NCBI GenBank assembly: GCA_965644495.1
Contig: CBFFSA010000001.1
Span: forward strand, 1,612,001-1,676,000
Direction: 5' to 3'
Source of the DNA: Perkinsela sp. CCAP 1560/9
Lineage: Eukaryota > Protista > Euglenozoa: Kinetoplastea
Length of the DNA: 64,000 nucleotides
Shown piece by piece: positions 12,718-23,722 of the stretch (position 1 is the first letter of the stretch; every line of letters begins with the position of its first letter). A model generated the notes under the pieces. The model worked only from the letters and a program-made list of their open reading frames with translations, searched no databases and had not been told where the DNA came from. The position numbers and the translations under genes were made by a program.

Positions 12718-14090
12718 TTCAAGTTTCAAGTTTTGCCCAGCGCGTGCCCCTTGCAAAGTTCGCATTGCTGCTTGGAATGCAAGGGACACTTCTTCCCTAG
12801 GAAAGGTCACTGCAGGGGAGAAAGCCCCTGATGGGTCGTGCCACTGCTAGGAAAGAAATAATCTTCCCTACACAGGACCTTGCGCGTGGTAGGCATTTCG
12901 CCACTCCGCAGCAGCAAGGTGACTCCTCTCGCTGGGAGACGCCCGAGGACGCGACTTCCTCGTTTGCAGGCGTTGTACCTATCCGGCCACCCGCCACAAC
13001 GGCACAGACCCGCACTCCCTCACGTTAACAAAACTGTCCTCGGAGTGACACCTACCCTAGTTATCTGGTATCTTGTTACATGTATATATTAATACTGTTG
13101 CGGTGGTTGTAAAACTACCGCTCTACACTCGATTATTGAAAAAAAAGTGAACAAAAACAGTGAAAATATAAAGAGGAACACAGTAATATAATAGAAGAAA
13201 AAAATATAAAAGGGGGCTCCGGTGGTCCAAAACTGAAAAAATTTTTTGAAAAAAATGGGGGGTCCATGGGGGGGGGGCCAGGGGGGGGGGTCCAGGGGGG
13301 GGGTCCAGGGGGGGGGTCCAGGGGGGGGGGGGGCATGGTCGATCAAATTTTTTCGAAAAAATTAGTTTTCGAAAAAAAAACGCAGAAAGGGTAGCCGGGG
13401 TCTTGGCGCGCATTTTCCACCCCCCTACCCGGGGGTGACCCCCCCGCGTATCCGCAGGACGGGTCCGCCAAGTTCGGATTTTTTCGGAAAAAAAATTTTG
13501 AAAAAAATTTCAACTTGGCGAAAAAAATGACAAAAAAAATATTTTTCCAAAATCGTTTCCCCTATTGTATTTTGATAGTTTGGGACCTACACTAGCTTTC
13601 TACGCAGTTGTTTTCGCAAGGTATCACTTCTTCTAACTGTGGTGCGCCCCCCAAAATGACCCATTTTTGACTAAAAAAGGTGAAAAAGTATTTTTCGGAC
13701 CTAAAAGGGCATTTTTGTGTCGAAAGAATGGTATGGTTGGAGTCGCATTCTCTACCCAATACGTTCGGTAGGCTTCCATTCATGCCTGCGAGTGATTTCC
13801 CACGCGCAAATGTCGGATTTAGTGTTCTGAGAGCAAAAATATGCGAAAATGACCCCATTTGTACCCGAAATTCGGCTATTTTTGGCTATAATCTTTCCGT
13901 TTTCCAGGCTAAATTTTCTTTTTTAGGCTCTTCGTTAAACGCGGCGGTAGTTTTCAACGCGAAGCGCGCAGCATGAGTGACTTCTAAGTTGAAAGCAACC
14001 ACCGCGTTTAACGAAGAGCCTAAAAAAGAAATATATATAGTTACTGTATATTAATACTGTTTATTAGATACCGGGCGGTGTCACCCATTC
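12718..14090 (-). mobile_element. Structured SINE-like element D, interrupted at 13075-14061
   Basis: CAGGGG-CTTTCT-CCCCTG hairpin, (AACTTGA)2 tail at 12718-12734, and a split copy of the 40-nt repeat seen at 18261-18427. Confidence 0.6.
13075..14061. mobile_element. ~1-kb non-coding insertion with terminal direct repeats, G-run array and long hairpin
   Basis: TATATTAATACTGTT at 13085-13099 and 14047-14061; ~44-bp-arm inverted repeat at 13915-14031; (G7-10 TCCA)n at 13257-13333. Confidence 0.6.
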
Positions 14091-14459
14091 CGGCGAAAAC
14101 GGGGCGCGGCAGAGAGCGAAAGGGCGGCGGAGAGCGCAGCGAAGAGCGCAGCGCAGCGATAGCGATAGCGAAGTGGGGGTGAAGGGTAGGGCGAAGAGGG
14201 CTACTCGGGGGGGGGGGCGAAGGGGAAGACTGCCAGGAGGGCAGTGCTGGGGGTGAAAGGGGGTGCAGCGAAGAGGGGGGAGCGAGGAGGCGAAGGGGGC
14301 GAAAATGTTGGTGCAGAAGGTGGGCAAGGAGGGCGGAGAATTGGGCGGCGAGGAGGGCAGCCAGATGGGCGGCCAGGAGGGCGCGCGTGAGCGGTTCTTC
14401 TCCAAGGAGTGGTGAAAGGGGTCATTGGGAGGGGTCAAAATTAAAAAAAAGAAGGGTCA

Positions 14460-16790
14460 ACAAGGTACGAATTTATCACAGGGATAGACTTTTTCACATG
14501 TAAAGGCAAACTCATATCTTTTGACTTCGCTAGCCTCGAGCTACGTCGTGCACTAACAATGGAATGTCTACGGAGATAGGGTACTTCTTTGAAGCACTGC
14601 GCCACGTGTGATGATGTTAAAGAACCGGCAGGAGCGCTGATACTCGCTGTGTTCCGAGGGCTCGAGCTGTTGTAATGCTGCTCGCATTGTAGCGGAGCAG
14701 TGACTCGATGTTTTGATGTTTCGTGAGATTTTGTACCTCCTCCATACGAAGGTTTCCGCGTGCGATCTCGTGGAAAAGGTGGGTGATGACGCCCCTCTTT
14801 ATCGAGTGTGTCCCGTACCCTTGACCTAGAACGTACCCTTGACCTAGAATGGAATGAATTCGATGATCCATCTCGCGGACTGTCGTATGGCAGAACCTTT
14901 GTCCGTTGGTCATGGCCTGCACGTGTTGTGCGAGTTGCGGTGTCCCTGGGTCGGTTACTATGGCGGAAAGATACGGTCGAAAAGGATTTAGGCGTGTTGT
15001 CTTGGTGCCTCTTCCCCAATAAATTATTATCTCTTGTGTGCTTACACTCACGAATTGTTTCCTTCGTAGATCCGCAGTCTCGGTCCTTCGCCCCGCCACC
15101 TTCCAGCACAAGAGGCAACACATGCTCTCTTTGTGACTCAGTTGGCTTCTTAACTTTTCCAGCAGTATGGGAGTAATCGGTTCCATTTGACGCGTTGGCT
15201 CCAGTCCCCCCTGCGCTTGCAGGGCCTTTATATAGCTTTAACGGGGTTACCTCTTCCCCCATTAGCTGATACAAAGTTTTCAACCCCCTGCATAACCCAT
15301 GCGTGTCGAAGTCGCTAGAGGGAGAATCTCTAGAAAAGGAATTGCGTTTGTGGGTGTCGCCGACACGCCCTTCGCCGCGCAGTATTGCTGCATACGTAGC
15401 CATATTCGTTCCCGTGTGGTCCATGTGGCCGTGGCCCACATTGGTTCGAAAGCTTCGTTTAGTTGTAGCGTTCGTGGGTCGTTGGGGTGGAGGCGGAGGA
15501 TGGCGCTGAGAATGGCGTCCCGACTTTCGGTTGGTTTTGCTGTAGCGCGTGCGTCTGTGGCGGGCGGTCTTCTGGGCTGGTGGTCTGGAAAGGAGGTGGG
15601 AAGAGTCACGTGGGGGAGAAGATCGACTGGAGGAGGAGGGCGAAGGCACCGCAGCGGAGGATTTATTTTGAACGTTTGCTGTTTTGGGGCCGGAACGGTA
15701 GGAGCCCTTTGCCGCCTGAGGCAAAGAGCACGAGTAGTAGGGGTGGGGGGCATTCCCTAGTGGGAACCCCGTGTTACGCCGGTATAACGAACGGCGCCGC
15801 CCGCCACCCCTCCGCGAAAATCCTGATTCGCAGATGGGGTGGAGCGGAAATGGGTTTGGGTAGCATGGCCCATGTTTAGGCAGTCCGCTCGAATATGTCC
15901 CAGTTGGCGACATGAGAAACAGAATGGGCGACGATGGAAAGAACGAACTTGAGTACGAGCTCGGAGCTGCTCGTCCACCACCAGCTGGCCATAACGACCC
16001 TTGGGATCAACGTCACGATGTAGTCGCTGTTGAACTCTCTCAACGGCCACACCCGCAGCAGCCCAATAATGGTTCCGGAGCTCCTCAATTATGAGCTCAG
16101 CTATTGCGAGGTTATGCTTCTCCATCCAATCCTCCGTGTGACGTGCGGCGTAAATCCATTCAATGAGAACCGTGAAAAGACGTTCACGCTGCGGAGGAGG
16201 GTTGAAACGGACTCCAAGCAGCGGCGCCTCACGCAGCTCACGGATAAGTTCCCGAGGTTTGAACATATCATCCGTGTAAATCCACGGTTGCCACGTAACG
16301 GGGTCGTAGGCGGAGAAGCTTTTGGGGTCCGTGATTCGGATACGCTCGAAGGAGGGGAGTAAAGTTTCTGCTGGCTGGTCACCTGGCATATTAGCTCGAA
16401 CGCGGACCACAGTCAAGCTATGATATACGATGTCAGGAAGAGGGAAACGATAGTACGTGTTTACATCCCCATCCCATTCTGCGACCAGTTCCACGGAGGA
16501 TGAATCGTTCGGATACTTTAGGTGCATGTCCCCTACGACCGCCTGTCGTATGTTGTCGCCGGGTCGGGACCACACCGCCTCAACTTTAACTTCATAGTCC
16601 TTGCGCAAAAGTCCAACGACCTTGCTTATAAATTCTTCTTTCGCCGTATTCGTTAAAATACCATGGGCATTTTGATCTGAGCGCATAGCACGGCTTACAT
16701 TATCAAGGTCAAGATTGTCGTAACGCTGGGGCGAGCGGGAAGGCTCAACTTGGTCAGGGTTGAGCGTTCCTTGTCGCCGTGGGGGGGCAT
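14460..16790 (-). mobile_element. VIPER-like YR retroelement copy 2 (gag, YR, start of RT)
   Basis: Gag 15757-16686 with CFSCRQLGHIRADC. YR with YGTHSIKRG and TKH..LLRY. RT start MSLPLHVK. Confidence 0.85.
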
Positions 16791-17005
16791 CAATCTTTGG
16801 CGAGCCAGCGATCCATGCACTTGGTGACGAAAGAAGAATAGGTCATGTAACCCTTGCGACCACCACGTTTAGGGGCCGGTAATACGCACTTTGGTAGCAT
16901 AGCGAGGAGCGTCCAGGCTGCAATTGAATTTTCAACTACAGCTGACCTCAAGGTGTCAGTGAGTATTTCGGCCCACAGTTTACGGCACCGATGGGGCACA
17001 TCCTT
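16790..17005 (-). mobile_element. RLE non-LTR N-terminal fragment
   Basis: KDVPHRCRKLWAEIL..AWTLLAMLPKCVL; homologous to 26570-26700. Confidence 0.65.
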
Positions 17006-17090
17006 ACTTGCAAATAATAGGGGGCATACTTATAATAATAGGGGGCATACTTATAATAATAGGGGGCCATACTTGCAAATAATAGGGGGG
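17004..17090. repeat. ~21-bp tandem repeat
   Basis: Four copies of AATAATAGGGGG(CATACTT). Confidence 0.85.
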
Positions 17091-17449
17091 AGTAGTATTG
17101 AGTCTAACTTTTCTGTATCTACATTTCCAACTTTCCCACTTACTAGCACTTCACCCTTAGTAACCTTTCACCCTACTTACTTCCTGTAACCCTCTCATGC
17201 TATCCCTCCCTCACTCCCTACCCAACTGAACAACACTCTTATTTTTTAAATTAATAGGGGGGGGGAGAAGTATGAAACGCGGCATTGCCTCTATATTACC
17301 CAACACATGAACCATGAAGGTCCATAGGGGGGGTTGTCATGTTCCAACAGATATAATATAACTAGCAATTTGTGAGCCCAAAACTAGCAATTGTATGTAA
17401 ATCATGCCGCTAACATGAAGCAATAAAAATAAAAACAGAGAAAAAAGCA

Positions 17450-19380
17450 ATACAAGCCATTCGCGCAGGTTCCGGACCGGGTCTTTCGACCACTCCTCGG
17501 CCTGACTTGGGAACCCTTTCCTTGTTATACGGGAGGGCGCAGGCGCGGGCCTGTGCCGACAGCGGCACGGTCGCGAAACAGGGTGCTGGCCGACGGGGAG
17601 GAAGTTTTAGTTCCCGACCCATGTCCTACCTCACTTGGGGTACCTAGTCCTAGCGGGCTAGGCGTGAGCATAGACCCTGTCGGCATCGATCAGCATCCGG
17701 GCCGGCAGTTTGTTTTCCCATGGCCTACGTCACTACCATAGGGCCCGTTGGATCCGGCACGCAGATGCATGAAACCATCATTCTTGCTTGAGGACGCATT
17801 AAGGCAACGTTCAGCTCTGTAAGGAGCTCATTTTGCGCTTGACTGGGATAAAAGTTCTTTGGACGCGTTGGCCCGTTGCGTTCCAATATTCCGGAGAACG
17901 GAGAGTGCGCTTTCCCTCCAAGAGCCAAAGGATTCAACGACCATGGCTTCGAAAAGGTGTCCCGCCTCTTCCGCTTCTTGTCGCTGCCGCGCCTTCGTCT
18001 CGGCGTAATGCCCGGCAAAAGATACTGGCGTCACCCAGCTAGCAGTACGGACTGAGTCCAAGTACTTCATGTGCTGTGCATGTGTGACGGCAAAATCTAA
18101 TACCATGCCTTTCGCCAGAACCCCTTTCTCGAGAGAGCCAGTGGGCAGAAAAACATCTGCGGGTCTAGCGAGAGCGCCTCCTGGGCCACGGTTTCCCAGA
18201 ATCTTTTCTCTCTGTGGTTGAAGAAAGGCCTTGCTCGACACTATCGCTCTGAAATTCCAGCACCCGGCGTCAACAAAACGAGACGCTAAATAACTAGGGT
18301 GTTAGGAATCTTTTTGGAAAGAGACTGCCCGGTGCTAACATAACAAGGCACTAAACAACTAGGGTAGCCGTCTTTCTCGTGGTGAGCCACCCGGTGTCAA
18401 GATAACGAGACACTAGGCAACTAGCGTACGGTTCATCGGTGTTCTTAGTGCACGCCAATCAGTCGCTGACTCGATGACTTTTCTCGATTGGACTGAGCAC
18501 AACAGACACCAAAGTAATCTTGGAAGGGGCGCACCAGCCTTCTCTGGTGAGGCCATATCCCTAGTTGGACAAACGGCCTGACAAATAGAAATAGAAATAG
18601 AAAGGAAGTGTGCAGCCTTCTGCTGGACAGGTCCGATCTTCAGGGAAGACGTCCATTCCGAACCACCAACGCGATAGAGTCCGGAACTCGGTTTTTGTAA
18701 ATGCGTAGCCTCTGCTTTTTGAGGGTGTTACAAAGGCCCAGTTTCCGCCCCCCCCCCCCCTTCCCGATTGTGAAGCCCATCGGACCCTAGTTCAAACCAT
18801 CTGACAAACCATCTGACAAAAGCCAGCACATTGCCGTACTAAGGAGAGGGCGACCTGGGGATCTATCAATGTTGTGGCTTCTAATGTATCGCTAGCTGGC
18901 TCGATGGCGTAGGTCCTTAGAAAGTCCGTACAGTGATCCGCGGAGCCAACTGGAGTACCTAAGATGTCAAAATTGCCGTCATATCGTATTTTTTCGCTTG
19001 GTACATCGTGGAATAGGGTCGAGATATGAGGTGACGCTGGTGGGGTGATAATCTCGCACTTGGAGAGATTTAGGAAAAGTTCCCACTTTGGGCCGACCTC
19101 AGCGAGAATGTCAAGGGCTTTTCTGACTTCCAAGGGTTCCCCTACGAGCACCCCGTCATCGAGGTACCAAAGCTGAGTGAGAAGATGGGATCGGGATGCA
19201 ATATCCTTCGTCACCTCTGCCAAAACCAACGAAAATGACAGGGGACCCAAGGGATCTCCTTGCTGTACTCCTTCAGCTGAGGGGATAAAAGCACTGTCGA
19301 ATGTGAGGCAGCTGGGCTTCGCATAACACCACTCGATCCATGGGGAGAGTTCTGGAAAATGCTGGCGTTCAAGGAAGATG
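17450..19380 (-). mobile_element. CRE-like RLE non-LTR retroposon (RT, Zn finger, RLE, structured 3'UTR), internally deleted
   Basis: GVQQGDPLGPL, WYLDDGVL, EFRTLSRWWFG..CP, RPADVFLP..LDFAVTH, VVESFGSW. Confidence 0.85.
18250..18603 (+). mobile_element. Structured SINE-like element C with three tandem hairpin repeats
   Basis: 40-nt repeats at 18261, 18326 and 18388; CACCAG-CCTTCT-CTGGTG hairpin; terminal stem AGGCC..GGCCT; (AAATAG)3 tail. Inserted antisense into the CRE ORF. Confidence 0.7.
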
Positions 19381-19382
19381 AA

Positions 19383-19470
19383 AGTTAAGTTAAGTTAAGA
19401 TATCCCGTTTGGCCAACTAGGGCTAAGGGATCGTAGCAGGAATCTCCGTTACAGAGAAACCTCTACGTCG
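19383..19470 (-). mobile_element. 3' end of structured SINE-like element H
   Basis: ATCCC-TTAGCC-CTAGTT-GGCC-AAAC-GGGAT followed by a (TTAAC)3 tail; same loop and bulge as element C. Confidence 0.6.
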
Positions 19471-21324
19471 GTCTGAGTGGATGTTGAATCCTTTTCTCTT
19501 TTCTACCTCTACTCTCTCTCGCCCCGGCGCAAGCCCATGACCAGACGTCGGCGTGGCCACCGGGGATCCAAGGATTCCGATACTGGGATTAGCACCCCAT
19601 CATCCTCGACCTCAGGGGGACCTGCTACTACCCCTCTCAGGCGAGGCTCCAGCCCCCGCCCCTCTGTTGGGGTCGAGGAGCTGCGCCAGCTCTCTATCGA
19701 GGAGCTGAAGAAGGCGAGGCCGGACTTGGTCGTCCGTGTCAAGGAGCAGCACAAGTCATGTGCCTGCGACTTCTGTGGCCCCCCTTTCGTGCCAACCAGG
19801 CGGGACAACCGCCTGTGTGAGGAGTGCGTTACTCTGCGCTCTCGGCACAGGAACGACGTTAGAGTGCGTGCCTCGACGCAAGCCTCAGGGACCCCTCCAT
19901 CCCGTCCCATGTCTTCCTCTCGATCCTCCCGAGCCAACTCCACAGCCCGCAGGATCCCACGTTCTTCTTCCTCTCGGGGCAGATCCCGGAGCTTTGACCG
20001 TACAAGTACTACGGTCGCCCCGACCCCTATCCTGAGGAAAGCAGTCAACGTTTCCTTCGCTCCTTTCCCCACCCCCGACAGTCGGAGCACGTCATACGCC
20101 CGCATCTCGACGCCTGGCCTGGCGACCGCCCCCCCGATCACGTCGGACGCGATGGATAGCGACGCCCCCGCCCCGACGGAGCGTCCGCTGAAACTCCCCA
20201 CGCTAGCGCAACAATTCAAGGAGATGGACACTGTGCGCTTCAAACTCCTTCCCTCCCCTTCTAGCTCGGGGCTCCCTCTAGCCCAAACTGGAAGATGCTC
20301 TGTCTCTCTGCGTCTCCTCTCGGCCCTACACGCGGAGCACGAGAGGATCTCCCTTGAGGAAATGGAGGCCCGGGCACGCCGTGAGCTGACCCTGGAGGCT
20401 GTCAGTGGTCTGCACGCGGCCCAGAAAGCCATCGAGGATCGCTTTCTTCTGATCAATGCGGGCCATTTGGTCTGCATTGAATGTGGGGTAGCCCAACCCC
20501 ACCATGTAGCCCTACAGGCGCACCTAGTAAAGGTGCACGGTCCCAAGTGGCAAAGGAAAGCATCTATTGCCCTGCTAAAGGAGCATGCCCCGGAAGCCCT
20601 CTGGATCAAAACGGAGCGGTACGCCTCCATGATGGCGTACTATGAGAGGTTCTGCGCTGAGGAAGCCCGCCTGCGCATGGCCCAGGTCACCACTGTGGCT
20701 AAAGGACCTCCATGGCCCGTGCCCTCCTTACGATCCTTCCCTCTCCCCATTCCCAACTCCCCTCCTCCACCCTCTCCTTTCCCCCCATCTCTACCGGCGG
20801 ACAGGTCGGGCGCGTACCCGATACAGGCGAGAACTCCCATTGGGGAAGTCCCGGACAAACCATACGAGCCGGTAGGGGAAGAGGTCCACGAAATCCTCCT
20901 CGACATTGGCCCCGAGCGCCTGGGTCATATAGTCATCCCCTGCCCGCCCGAACGCTCGTTTCAAGCTGCTTTAAGCATTGTGGGCAACACTTTAGGGGTC
21001 CCCAGAGAGAGCCTGCTGCTGAAGGACATTTCCGGCGAAGCCACCCCCATCACCGACTCTGAAGGGCTGGACAGAGCGCAAAGAGTCGCGGTCAGCCTCT
21101 CCCTTCCCCCCTTTCCCCCAGGGCTTAGCGATGGGGCCACAGTCAGGGTGTATGACGGGACACACGACGGCATGGTCTCCGCCCCAGGGGTGAGTGCGGC
21201 GCACGACATCCCCGCCGGTCTGAACGAGGTCTTGGGTATCCCCCGGATCATGACCGGTGCCTGGGAGCCCCGCAAATACGAAGAAGGGCTCCTTTGATGT
21301 TTCCTTCCCACAGAAATCCTGGTA

Positions 21325-23722
21325 CTGTGACCCCCCCCTTTAATATGGACAGGGGGTATCCCCCCCCTTTATTGTGGACAAATCCGACCGTGCGCCGCGC
21401 AGCGGCGCCAATTTTTTTTTTTGACGTACCCTTTTTTTTGTCTCTTTTTTTCTGTTTTTTAGGGTATCTGTAGCTAGGTAATTTTATCAGCTTTCACATA
21501 GTTCGTCATGTTCATATATTTCAGTCATTTTTCAACCTAATGAATTCCGTGGAAGGACCCTTAACCTCTTGGATTAAGGCAACACCCCCAAAGCCACAGG
21601 TAGGTAATCCAACAATGTTGATTACAAATGAGCGCAATGTCCACGCTTCTTTAGATATCCACGTAAAGGAGAAAAGGGGACGAACTGAGCTTAATATATA
21701 CGAGAAGCGCGAAATCTGCCGATCGACTCTCTCGGTAAAAAGAATCCGAGAAAAATACGGAATTTCGCGAAGCGGAGTATATGAAATCCGTAGCCACGGT
21801 ATGAGCTACTTTCAAAAACTCATTGATCGTTCCATGGGGAGCAACCACAGGAATCGTGCTTTTAACGTTCGAGGAGGCGACTACAATGTTCCCGAAGCAG
21901 TTTGCTACAATAAGTCTGAGGCAATGGAACGGGTACACCGCTCCTGCGTTCAAGCCTCCTCGTTATGGTGTCCCTTCACCAGAAATATCGTCATCGACAT
22001 GATACGACAAAATACGGGATTGACTTCAATTAGTGCTTTGGAAGACACTTCTGCGAAGTTCAGACGGTACTATGGTTGGGTGTGGCGGCGGTGGGGCAGA
22101 ATACAGTGCTTAGCCCCCGCTGATGTGAACCTCAGAATTTCTCATTGGGCTGAAAAGCTCTACGTTCAAAACACAGTCCGTTGCTACCGTTTCGCGCTTT
22201 TCGGGGATGAAACCGCCATGTTTGTCAATGGAGAGGTGCAAGGGTACACACTTGCTCCGGTAGGGTGCCCGCAACCTAAGGTAGTGGATACAAACCCAAA
22301 GGAAACAGTAACCGCATTTCTTGCGGGCGTCTATGATTTAGGGGCCGGCGAAGTTTACCCGCTCCACCCGACTGTAATTTTTGAGCACGGAGCGAAGCGC
22401 AGAGAAAGCTCAACAATTTATTCGGAAATGACGAGTTACGCGAATAAATTGAAAGGGATATTTATTGATGTGAGCTCTTCTGGATGGGTGCGAGATGATA
22501 TATATCCCCGCATGATGCACCGATACTTGCCACTTACCCTGGAACAATCTTCAACGGCCATCGTTACTGACGACTTCACGGGGCATCGCACTGATGATAT
22601 TCCCGTCAACTGTGACCCGCACACAATTCCTGGCGGGTGCACGAAAACGATCCAAATTCACGACCGAGTATTCAATCGCCTATTTAAGAGGGCGTACAAT
22701 GAGTTGCTCAGTGCATGGCGAATACAGAACTCTTCGTGTAAGGTAACTCGTTATTTGGTGCTGGAGTGGATAAAAGAGGCCCATTCGAGAGTATGGGTAA
22801 AGCATCACAACACTATTCTTAACGCCGCCCGCAGGTACATCAAGCAACCAGCTACAGAGTATCCATGGAGCGAGAAGGATCCCGAAAGTGAACCAACCAG
22901 AAAAGCGAAAGCTGAGATAAAAGTCCGTGAGGAAATTTCACCACAAATAGAGTCTTCACGAAATGAGCCGATTGTTGTGCCGGAAACAGAGGAGACTCCT
23001 CCCACCCTGGTTGATACGTGGAAAAAATGAAGAGCTTCATGAGGAAATAATTGACACTCAAGATTGTTTAGGGCAACTAATGCTTCATCCAGACAATGAC
23101 CGCGGGGACATGGACACAGAGGGGTGGGATCAGTCAGTAGCGTGTGATGATACTTTTGAATTGTAAAAGGGCTGTTATTTTGTTGTGATAAGTTTACGTG
23201 GGTTCTTTTACGTGAGCTCTTAACGTTGGTCTTGTTTTTTCCCGTCGTGAACGTAAGTTCTTTCTTTCCACCTTTAGTTCATTTGTGTGAAACTTTGTAT
23301 GAGTAGGAAGTTTGGGCTCGATTTTTACGTTAGAACATCTACAATTTAACTGAATGGAACCTTTATAGCTACACGGAATATAGAGCTGAATGTGAGCATG
23401 CATGATTTTTTGCTTGTTGTTAATTTTTTATTCCTAATTATAGTGTACATCAATAATGTATATCCTCCATGTACCCTTCACCCTTATGAAGAAGTGCCCC
23501 TTCACCCCTCATTGACGCCCTCCTCCCCCGCCCTCTTCCTCTGCTCTCCTCGCCCTCTCTCCTGGACATGGATTTTACAAATTTGATTTTTTGTCGTATT
23601 ATAAGTAAAAAAGGTGCCGCGAAGCGGCGCCGAATTTTTTTTCACACCCCTTTCATCGCCCCCCCCCCCTTTATTATGGACAAAAGCCGAAAAAGTGTCC
23701 ATATTAAAGGGGGGGGTCACAG
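21325..23722 (+). mobile_element. Complete pogo/Tigger-like DNA transposon
   Basis: TIR CTGTGACCCCCCCCTTTAATATGGACA at both ends; TA target duplication at 21323-24 and 23723-24. Confidence 0.92.
21540..23030 (+). CDS. pogo-family transposase (intact 496-aa ORF)
   Basis: N-terminal HTH; GDETAMF, SSGWV, TDDFTGH, IPGGCTKTIQIHD. Confidence 0.85.
   Translation: MNSVEGPLTSWIKATPPKPQVGNPTMLITNERNVHASLDIHVKEKRGRTELNIYEKREICRSTLSVKRIREKYGISRSGVYEIRSHGMSYFQKLIDRSMGSNHRNRAFNVRGGDYNVPEAVCYNKSEAMERVHRSCVQASSLWCPFTRNIVIDMIRQNTGLTSISALEDTSAKFRRYYGWVWRRWGRIQCLAPADVNLRISHWAEKLYVQNTVRCYRFALFGDETAMFVNGEVQGYTLAPVGCPQPKVVDTNPKETVTAFLAGVYDLGAGEVYPLHPTVIFEHGAKRRESSTIYSEMTSYANKLKGIFIDVSSSGWVRDDIYPRMMHRYLPLTLEQSSTAIVTDDFTGHRTDDIPVNCDPHTIPGGCTKTIQIHDRVFNRLFKRAYNELLSAWRIQNSSCKVTRYLVLEWIKEAHSRVWVKHHNTILNAARRYIKQPATEYPWSEKDPESEPTRKAKAEIKVREEISPQIESSRNEPIVVPETEETPPTLVDTWKK

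Noticed and set aside
18261-18427. CRISPR array or guide-RNA array
   Set aside because: No cas-like ORF nearby. The 'spacers' are explained as basal stems of the hairpins, and I found no convincing spacer match in the window.
19400-19480. HDV-like or hammerhead ribozyme at the 5' end of the CRE element
   Set aside because: Catalytic core motifs not found; better explained as the minus-strand 3' module H.
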